64,000 nt of DNA, taken from an uncultured bacterium. Lineage in GTDB: Bacteria; Verrucomicrobiota; Verrucomicrobiia; Limisphaerales; UBA8199. This document shows, in pieces, positions 54,608 to 62,505 of the stretch. A model generated the notes under the pieces. It worked only from the letters and a program-made list of their open reading frames with translations. It had not been told where the DNA came from and made no database searches. A program made the translations under genes and the position numbers. Position 1 is the first letter of the stretch; each line of letters begins with the position of its first letter. Location: positions 288,001-352,000 of the forward strand of contig CAVVMW010000010.1 in assembly GCA_963749495.1 (NCBI GenBank), written 5' to 3'.

Positions 54608-55153
54608 GTGCAAACGAACCGATGCGCAACTTGCTCGCCATATCAGCATATCCGCCTGCTCACCGAGCGGATGGTCGAGCATTTCCTCGCGCGGCTCTTC
54701 CTGCGCGATCCGCCCCTGCGCTCTCTCACGTTAGTTGCCCCTTTTGTCAACACCATGCAGGACTGTCGGTACCCGCTGGCCGACCTGTCCGCCAAAATCC
54801 AAGCGCAGCGCATCCCCACCTATTTTGTCACCCGCAAGCCGGAAGAACCATGGCAGGAGGAGGCGGTCGCGTTGCTTGCGAAAAACGCATGGATCGAGAT
54901 TCGCTTCAACGAAGTCCTGCACGCCAAGGTCTTTGTTGCTTCCGCCATCCAGGCATCCGAATCGTTCGCGGTCTTTGGGTCCGGAAATCTCACGGGCGCC
55001 GCGATCAACTCCAATCTCGAAGTCGGCATGCTGCTGCTCGCCAGCGGCCCGGGTCGCAAGCTCGTGGACGAACTCTACTACTGGGCCACCAACAACCTGC
55101 GGGTTTTGCCGGAGAGCCACCTGTTTAAGCCAATGCACGCAACAACGAAATAG
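54608..55153 (+). CDS. Single-domain phospholipase D-fold nuclease (start uncertain)
   Basis: VAPF, LHAKVFV, FGSGNLT, NLEVG. Confidence 0.8.
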   Translation: MQTNRCATCSPYQHIRLLTERMVEHFLARLFLRDPPLRSLTLVAPFVNTMQDCRYPLADLSAKIQAQRIPTYFVTRKPEEPWQEEAVALLAKNAWIEIRFNEVLHAKVFVASAIQASESFAVFGSGNLTGAAINSNLEVGMLLLASGPGRKLVDELYYWATNNLRVLPESHLFKPMHATTK

Positions 55154-55156
55154 ACT

Positions 55157-56333
55157 ATGCCAAATGAAACGTTCCAAGACTGGTTCTGCCTTAAGAACCG
55201 AGCCACGTTCACCATCGACCCCAAGGTCAATCCGGACGACGCCAAACTCTATTTCGGCCGCGAGCCGCTCCGCGAGCGCATCCGCAAGCAGGTATCGCGC
55301 GCCTTCATTGACCCCCAAGTCCCCAAGATGATGTTCTACGGCGCCTACGGCTCCGGCAAGACGCAGACGCTCTACCACATGGCCTGGGACATGGCGGCCA
55401 ACAAGCCCGCCTCCTGCAAGGGGCAACCGCATGTCGTTCACCTCGATATCGAGGTCCAGAGCAAATCCAGCGCCGACACTTGGCACCTCCAGATGACCGA
55501 GGCCCTCGAAATGGGCACCGTCCAAGGCTGGCTGCAGACCCTCTACAACGGGTCATCCAATTTCGATCAGGAAGTGGCTAAGCTCACGCCGGATGCCAAC
55601 CTCCAAATGGGCTTCAAAGAGCTTCGCGGCGGCGGCGATTCAGCCTTCACGGCGTGGCGCTGGCTTACAGGCCAGGATCTCTCCACCGGCGAATTGCAAG
55701 ACATCAAGGTCACGCGCACACTCGGCGACGTGGGCGTTGGGGACCTCGTTTCCGCCACCATCGCCCTCGGTCACCTGGCCCGCGCCGTGGGCCGCGAGCT
55801 CGATTTTCTTTATGGACGAGATGGAAGGCCTGCAGAACGTCAAACAGGGCGACGCTGCCGAATCCTGGCACGACTATCTCCGCAAACTCTCCGACAATTC
55901 CAACTCGTCCGTCGGCTTCGTTCTCGGCTTCAAAGCGGACACAATTGACGACGCGCCGCGCATCTTGGTCCGGCCTGACGTCACGTCCCGCATCGGCAAA
56001 CAAAATCTCATCGAGCTGGAAACCCTCGCCGCCCCGGCCAACGTAAAGACCTTCGTCGAGGACATGCTCAGTCACCTGATTGACCCGAGCAAGGCCACCA
56101 GCCTCATCCAGGCGGAATCGCTCCCGACAACGCTCAAGGCTTATCCCTTCACCGCCAGCGCCTTCGACCTCATGTGTGACTACGCATGTCAAGACCCGCA
56201 CAAGTCCACGCCGCGCAACATCATACGCACCATCAATGAGTGCGCCATCACCTCGTGGGATGCTACGCCGGCAAAGAAACGCGTCGTTGACGACGCCATC
56301 GTGAACGACATCGCGCTGGTGATCTTCGGCTGA
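55157..56333 (+). CDS. AAA+ P-loop ATPase (BrxC/BrxD- or Cdc6-like), frameshift near 55800
   Basis: Walker A GAYGSGKT; Walker B IFFMDEME in the next frame; lid YPFT...TPRNII. Confidence 0.8.
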
Positions 56334-56350
56334 TCCCGGCATCGAGCGGT

Positions 56351-57730
56351 ATGAAGAAATTCACTACCAGACCGAGAGCCTTTCCGACATCGCCCGCCGA
56401 GTTCGGCATGCACGGCCGCAGCGCCGCCCACTGGGTTTGGCTCGGACGTCTCGCCGAGGCCGGCCCGCTCACGGAGGTTCGGCTTGACACCGCTCAGGCC
56501 CACGTCATTGGTCTTTTCGGCAAGCGTGGCTCGGGTAAGTCCTACACCCTGGGCACGCTAGTCGAAGGCATTTGCACGAAGGAAGAGAAAACCACCATCG
56601 CGGACAACTCGCGTGCGGTCGCCACCCTCCTTTTCGACACCCTCGGCATTTTCCAATGGATTGACATCGCCCTCAACGAAAAGAGCCAGAAGGAAACGGT
56701 CCAGCATCAGTTCGCTGCGCGGCGGGGTTGGGATCTGAAATCCGAACCGCTTGACGTCGCGATTTGGATTCCTCGTGGCACTCGTGAACCAAACACCCCC
56801 GCTTCGCACGCCGAGTTCACCATTAATTGTTCCGATTTCGCCCCTGAGGACTGGGGCTACCTTCTCGGCCTCGACATCTATCAGGATCGCATGGGCCAGT
56901 TGTTGAACGACGCCTATGTAAAAGTCACCGCCGAGGGCTGGCACGAAAACGATCTATTCCACAAACCGACCGACGCCTACTCCCTCTCCGCCCTCATCAA
57001 ATGCGTGGAGTCCGACAAGGAATTGCTCGCCACCTACGCCCCCGAGACGCGCCGCGCGCTTCGTCAGCAGCTTTGCACCTTCCAGCGCAATCCCGTCTTC
57101 GCCGACAATGGCACGCCACTGCCCGAACTGCTCAAGCCCGGACGCATGAGCGTGATCGTGATGAACAAAATGTCCGACGAACTCCGGCTGGTCGTCGTCG
57201 CCGCCGTTCTGCGCCGTCTCATCGCCTCCCGCGTGCGCGCGTCCGAGGCGGAGAAAACCCTAATGTTGGTAGATGACCTCGCCCCCAAGGACGCCCAGGC
57301 TTTGAAGCAATCCCTGCAGGATGCGATCCCGCAGACCTGGGTGGCCATTGACGAAGCTCAGAACATTCTGCCCTCCGAACGCGCCACGGCGGCCACCGAC
57401 GTCATCGTCAAATACGTCCGCGAAGGCCGCAACTACGGCCTGTCCTTCATCATCGCCACACAGCAGCCGACCAGCGTTGACCCGCGCATCCTTGCCCAGG
57501 TGGACACTCTTATCTGCCACAAGCTCACAGTCCAGGGCGACATTGACTACATCCGCCGCAATCTCAAATCAAACCTGCCCGAGGAGGTCAAGTTCGCCAA
57601 CTCAGTAATGAGCCTCGACGAATTGCTCCGCAGTCTCGACATCGGCCAGGCCCTCATTTCCAACACCGACACCGACCGCGCCTTCATGCTCGATATCCGC
57701 CCGCGCGTAAGCGTCCACGGCGGTTTCTAA
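56351..57730 (+). CDS. HerA/FtsK-family ATPase (DUF87-like)
   Basis: GKRGSGKSYT, LFDTLG, WVAIDEAQ, REGRNYGL, ATQQP. Confidence 0.9.
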   Translation: MKKFTTRPRAFPTSPAEFGMHGRSAAHWVWLGRLAEAGPLTEVRLDTAQAHVIGLFGKRGSGKSYTLGTLVEGICTKEEKTTIADNSRAVATLLFDTLGIFQWIDIALNEKSQKETVQHQFAARRGWDLKSEPLDVAIWIPRGTREPNTPASHAEFTINCSDFAPEDWGYLLGLDIYQDRMGQLLNDAYVKVTAEGWHENDLFHKPTDAYSLSALIKCVESDKELLATYAPETRRALRQQLCTFQRNPVFADNGTPLPELLKPGRMSVIVMNKMSDELRLVVVAAVLRRLIASRVRASEAEKTLMLVDDLAPKDAQALKQSLQDAIPQTWVAIDEAQNILPSERATAATDVIVKYVREGRNYGLSFIIATQQPTSVDPRILAQVDTLICHKLTVQGDIDYIRRNLKSNLPEEVKFANSVMSLDELLRSLDIGQALISNTDTDRAFMLDIRPRVSVHGGF

Positions 57731-57733
57731 ACC

Positions 57734-58984
57734 ATGCCTGTCAAGATTCGCATTCTCAGCACCGCCAACAGGCACATGCAGCGTGCCGGGTTTCTCAAGC
57801 TGCTCGCGGCTCAGGTCGCACGGGTTGAAACCAGCAGCCTATCTGCTCTCGGCGGCAAACTTGTCGAAACCGTCACTAAACGCATCCGGGTCACCCCCCC
57901 ATTCAACGACGCGCTACGCGAGTACGTTCAGACTCGCCTTTTCGACCGAATCTATGCGGACCTGCGAAAAAATGTCCTTACCGGCAACGCTTCTGTCGGC
58001 ATCGAAATCCAAGACCTCTACCTCGCTGACACACGCCTGCCCTCCAGCACCGGCAAACTTGGCGAGAACAGCCGGCGGTTCTATCCGTATTTCGGCACCG
58101 CACTCGACTTCATCAGACCCGGCACCTGGTCCGCCATGACCCGGTCTCTCCTGCTCGCACACCTGACACCCAAGGAAGAACTAGCCGCGTGGGACAACCA
58201 CAACCCGGCCCACAACCCACTTATCATTTCCCCCGAGCAGGCGGCCGTCATCCTCTACTGTTTTCTCGATAACGACGCTTTGGTTCTGCTGCCTCTGTTC
58301 ACGAAACTTTTCGAACTCAACACCGCGGGGTTCGACGAGCGAACTGCGGGCGATTTTCTCCCGGCCATTCTGCGCAATGCCACATCAACCCTGAACAAAG
58401 GCTCACTCGCCTTCGAGGACCGCGAGCGCCTGGGCCAACTCGACAAGGCCGCCGAGAACATCGAGCGCTGGCGCGGCAAGCCTTACACAGGCGGCGGCGC
58501 ACGCGAGGAAAACATTCGCGGCCGCATCGAACCGTTCTGCGATTTCGGCTTGTTCAGCAAACCCGATCGCCATCGCTTCGCCTACAAACTCACTCCGGCT
58601 TTCAAACGCTTCATGGCCGACTGGAACGGCACCGACACAGATTATTTCCTTGAAAACCGCTTCTTCACGACGCTCGCCGCCATGCACGGCCTCAGCGTCA
58701 AGCCGGCGGGCGACACTGAGGCCCGCGATGCTCTCCGCGACGCAGGCGAAGCCCTCAAAAGCACTCTGGGCTACAGTCCCATCCGCGACTGCTCCTTGCT
58801 CGCCGGCATCAGGTTGTTGTTCGATCACCAGCGCGTTCTCGAACTTGGCACCAGCTTCAACACCCTCCGCGACTGGCAGAAGGCGGCGCCTGAAGTCGTC
58901 CGCTTCACCGTGGACCGCATGGGCGAACTCGCCTACGTCAAGTTCCTCAAACCCGCCGCACTCCCGGCCCGCGCCAACGCATGA
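57734..58984 (+). CDS. Hypothetical protein, possible tandem winged-helix DNA-binding protein
   Basis: 416 aa ORF 3 nt after herA stop and overlapping the MTase start; RIEPFCDFGLF...YKLT resembles a wHTH wing. Confidence 0.7.
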   Translation: MPVKIRILSTANRHMQRAGFLKLLAAQVARVETSSLSALGGKLVETVTKRIRVTPPFNDALREYVQTRLFDRIYADLRKNVLTGNASVGIEIQDLYLADTRLPSSTGKLGENSRRFYPYFGTALDFIRPGTWSAMTRSLLLAHLTPKEELAAWDNHNPAHNPLIISPEQAAVILYCFLDNDALVLLPLFTKLFELNTAGFDERTAGDFLPAILRNATSTLNKGSLAFEDRERLGQLDKAAENIERWRGKPYTGGGAREENIRGRIEPFCDFGLFSKPDRHRFAYKLTPAFKRFMADWNGTDTDYFLENRFFTTLAAMHGLSVKPAGDTEARDALRDAGEALKSTLGYSPIRDCSLLAGIRLLFDHQRVLELGTSFNTLRDWQKAAPEVVRFTVDRMGELAYVKFLKPAALPARANA

Positions 58985-61900
58985 AAACCGTGTTGGCCGA
59001 CCTCTTCGCCCGCTTCGAAGCTGAAGTGGGCCAACACGATTTTGCGTGCCTACGCGTGACCCAGCGATGGCCTGTCGAGGACAGCACCGCGCTGCGCAGC
59101 CCGATTGGCTCGCTCCTCGTCCACGGCGTCAACGATGACGGGAAAACCGAGCCGCTCGTGTTGGTCGCCCTGACGCCGCCTCACCTCTCCACGGGTGATC
59201 CCGCTCTGCTCCAATTTGTTATCCGCCGTGCCCAGGCCAACAAAGCGCCCCACATACTCACCTGGACCTTGCGCGGCGCGGTGCTGTGGCGCACGCCGAA
59301 GCACGGCGCGCCCACCGACGCCAACAACCTCGAAAAACTCCGGGACTACGAAGACAACTACGACATCGCCCCCGGCAACGCGCCGCACATGTTCCACGAA
59401 ACCCGCCGCCGGCAACTCCTCCAGACCGGCCGCCGCCTCCTCGATGACCTGAAGCGCCTCCACAAAGACCAGGCGCTGGAGTTGGTCAACGTGGACGCCA
59501 CCTGGTTCGTTGGGCGCCTCATTGAATCCGTCCACGAACTGCTGCCGCTCGTCAGGGACTCGCTCCACCATCGCTTGGGCGTGGAGGACTCCTTGCGCGC
59601 CAACGTCGAGAAATGGGCCGTCACCCAGGGCATCGCCGGGTCTGCCGCCGACCGGGAGTTCGTCGAATCCATCACGCGCCAGATCATCTACCGGCTGCTC
59701 GGTAAAATCCTTTTCTACCAGAGCCTCCGTCGCGCCGCGCGTCAGTTGCCGCCTCTCACCGTGGACGGCCTCGACAGTTCCGAGGTTCTCCCGGCACTCA
59801 ATCGCGCCTTCGCCGAGGCGCTCGAGATTGATTACCACGCCGTTTTCGCCGAAGCCCTGCCCGACACCATCAAATGGCCCGCCGAAGCGGCGCGCAAACT
59901 CGCCGCCCTCGTTCACGACTTTAACACACGCGACTTTTCCAGCCTGCCCCAGGACGTCGTGGGAAAGGTCTTTGAGCGCCTCATCCCGCCGGAGGAGCGC
60001 CACCTTCTCGGCCAATACTTCACGGGTGAACCGCTTTGCGATCTCACCGCCGCCTTTTGCATCCGTTCGCCCAAGGACCTTGCGCTCGATCCGACCTGCG
60101 GCACCGGCACGTTCGACATCCGCTGCTACGACCGTCTGCGCTGGCTCGGGCAGCACGATCACCCGACCCTGCTCTCCCAGATCTGGGGCATAGACATTGC
60201 GCCGTTTCCCGCGGAGTTGGCCGTCATCAACCTCTTCCGCCAAAATGTGGCGTCTTCCGCCAACTTCCCGCGCATCGTGTGCCGTGATTTCTTCACCCTC
60301 TCGCCCGGCGAAACGCTCCCGTTTCCGCCGCCTAAGATGGACGTGCAGCGCCCCGAACAAGTCAACGAACCCATCCCGCAATTCGACGCCATTCTCGGCA
60401 ACTTTCCCTACGTCAGCGCGGATCAGATTGAGCGCACCAATGCCGACTACCTCGATTTCATCCGGCGACGACTCATCGCGGGCTGGTTCGACAATTACCC
60501 AGAGCTTTTCTGCTACGAGCACAAAAAAGATCAGGACAGTTTCGAGAAGGCCATTGCCGTCGGCAAACACGCCGATTGCGACCGCACCACCGTCCAACTT
60601 CGCACCTCGGTTTACGCCGACCTCTACGTCTATCTCTTCTTTCACGCCGCCCGCTTCCTGAAAATCGGCGGACGCATGGGTATCGTGACTTCTAACGCCT
60701 GGCTGGACGTAAACTACGGCTACGTCCTCCAGCGTTTCTTCTGCGACCGCTTCAAAATCGTTGCCATTCTCGAAAGCCGCTGCGAACCGTGGTTCACCGA
60801 AGCCAGCGTCAACACCGTCCTCACCATCCTTGAACTTTGCGACAATGCAAAACAGCGCGACGACCATCTGGTCAAGTTCGTCAAGGTGAAGAAACGCCTC
60901 GACGACCTCACCCCCGGCGACCCCAAAATCGAAGCGAAAGCCCGCTGGCGGAAACTGGAACAACTCACCGAGCGGATCGAAAAGGCCGGCAAACCATACA
61001 GCAAGACCGTCCCACTCAGCGTAACGACGATTGAGGACGACGATTTCCGCATCCGTATTTGTCGCCAAGGCGAGTTGCGCGCACATTTGGAGCGCGATGG
61101 CAAGACCGTTAAGTTGGGCACGTACTTGCGTGCGCCCGAAATTTTCTTCGATATGCAGAAGAAAGGGAAATTCTGCTTACTGAAGGACGTCGCTTTGCCA
61201 AAACGTGGAGGTGTTACGAGAATCAACGAGTTTTTTTACGTCACTGCGGAGGTCGTTGCACGGTTCGGCATCGAGGAACAATACTTGCTGCCCCTAATCA
61301 AGAGTCCGAAGGAGTCGAAGAAGATTGAAATCAACCCAAGCGAACTTCCGCTTCAGGTGTTCGTTTGCCGTGAGACGAAATCCGAACTCAAACGCCGCCG
61401 GCACAAAGGCGCACTCGCTTACATTGAGTGGGGAGAGGAACAGACCTACAGCGACGGCAACGACCAAGGATTGCCCTGGCCCAAAGGAACGTGGGTTAAG
61501 GAAAGACAGCCCGGCTGGTATGCCTTGCCTGATTCTGAAACAAATCCCAGCCAAATATTTTTCAGTAAGGCGCAGGATGACACCCACTTTCACCGCTTCT
61601 CGCGAAGCGAGCTGATCCCCGACCAGCGTCTCTATTACCTCGCCCCCGCAAAGGGGTCGAGCCCCGCGCTTCTTAGCGCCCTCCTGAACAGTAGCGTTTG
61701 CGCCCTTGCGACCGAGTTGGCTGGACCGGTAACAATGGGAGACGGCGTTCTTGAACTTCGAGTGGAGGATGCCCGCGACTACATGCTCGTTCCGGACCTT
61801 CGCGAGGTTTCAGGCGCCGAGAGCAAGACCATCACTGCTGCGTTCGAGAAAGTCTGTGGACGCGACATCGGTAATGTGTTCGAGGAGGTGAAGCAGAAAG

Positions 61901-62502
61901 ACCGGCACGCGCTTGACGCCGCTGTGCTCCGTGCCATCGGTCTCGACCCCAAGAACTCTCTCCCGCCGATTTACGACGGCCTTTGTGAACTGGTCCGCGA
62001 GCGCATCGAACTCGGCCAGATGCGCGGCAAGGCCCGCAAAACTAAAGCCCGCAAGACTGGCGCGGAGAAGCAAACCCTGCAGGACGTCCTCACGGAGGAA
62101 TTGCCCAACGGCCCGCACCGCTTCCCGGACGACTTCTTTTCGGACACAGCCAAGGCCCAACCCAAAACGGACATCGAACTTCCCGGCAAGGACCTCATCC
62201 TCGACACCGGCAGCCTCATTCCCGCGCTCTACGCCAAAGACAAGAGTTGGAGCCGCATGGTCAAGTCACCCGCCGAGGGCAAGTTGGTCCTTTACGCGCA
62301 ACAAGCCGGCCACAAGACGGCGCACGTTCCCGCCAGACCCGTGGAAATCAGCCGCACCGTCGCGAATTACGAAGGCTACCTGCGCGAGTTGCGCAAGCGC
62401 CTCTACGAAGCCTTCTATAACCGCACCCTCGACGCGAAAATGGCCGCCACCCTCACCCAGGCCGTTTTCGACAAGTTCCATTTGCCCAAAGTGGAGACGT
62501 GA
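58981..62502 (+). CDS. Large N6-adenine DNA methyltransferase (Type IIG/PglX-like architecture)
   Basis: GQYFT, motif I LDPTCGTGTF, GIDI, motif IV GNFPYV, DLYVYLF, TSNAWLD..YG, C-terminal TRD and helical tail; 1173 aa. Confidence 0.92.
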   Translation: MKTVLADLFARFEAEVGQHDFACLRVTQRWPVEDSTALRSPIGSLLVHGVNDDGKTEPLVLVALTPPHLSTGDPALLQFVIRRAQANKAPHILTWTLRGAVLWRTPKHGAPTDANNLEKLRDYEDNYDIAPGNAPHMFHETRRRQLLQTGRRLLDDLKRLHKDQALELVNVDATWFVGRLIESVHELLPLVRDSLHHRLGVEDSLRANVEKWAVTQGIAGSAADREFVESITRQIIYRLLGKILFYQSLRRAARQLPPLTVDGLDSSEVLPALNRAFAEALEIDYHAVFAEALPDTIKWPAEAARKLAALVHDFNTRDFSSLPQDVVGKVFERLIPPEERHLLGQYFTGEPLCDLTAAFCIRSPKDLALDPTCGTGTFDIRCYDRLRWLGQHDHPTLLSQIWGIDIAPFPAELAVINLFRQNVASSANFPRIVCRDFFTLSPGETLPFPPPKMDVQRPEQVNEPIPQFDAILGNFPYVSADQIERTNADYLDFIRRRLIAGWFDNYPELFCYEHKKDQDSFEKAIAVGKHADCDRTTVQLRTSVYADLYVYLFFHAARFLKIGGRMGIVTSNAWLDVNYGYVLQRFFCDRFKIVAILESRCEPWFTEASVNTVLTILELCDNAKQRDDHLVKFVKVKKRLDDLTPGDPKIEAKARWRKLEQLTERIEKAGKPYSKTVPLSVTTIEDDDFRIRICRQGELRAHLERDGKTVKLGTYLRAPEIFFDMQKKGKFCLLKDVALPKRGGVTRINEFFYVTAEVVARFGIEEQYLLPLIKSPKESKKIEINPSELPLQVFVCRETKSELKRRRHKGALAYIEWGEEQTYSDGNDQGLPWPKGTWVKERQPGWYALPDSETNPSQIFFSKAQDDTHFHRFSRSELIPDQRLYYLAPAKGSSPALLSALLNSSVCALATELAGPVTMGDGVLELRVEDARDYMLVPDLREVSGAESKTITAAFEKVCGRDIGNVFEEVKQKDRHALDAAVLRAIGLDPKNSLPPIYDGLCELVRERIELGQMRGKARKTKARKTGAEKQTLQDVLTEELPNGPHRFPDDFFSDTAKAQPKTDIELPGKDLILDTGSLIPALYAKDKSWSRMVKSPAEGKLVLYAQQAGHKTAHVPARPVEISRTVANYEGYLRELRKRLYEAFYNRTLDAKMAATLTQAVFDKFHLPKVET

Positions 62503-62505
62503 CGC

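Noticed and set aside
2411..61086. Long antisense and alternate-frame ORFs (e.g. 2411-4093, 15736-17334, 45305-46924, 52459-54324, 59050-61086)
   Set aside because: They are shadows of real genes in high-GC DNA and show no family motifs.
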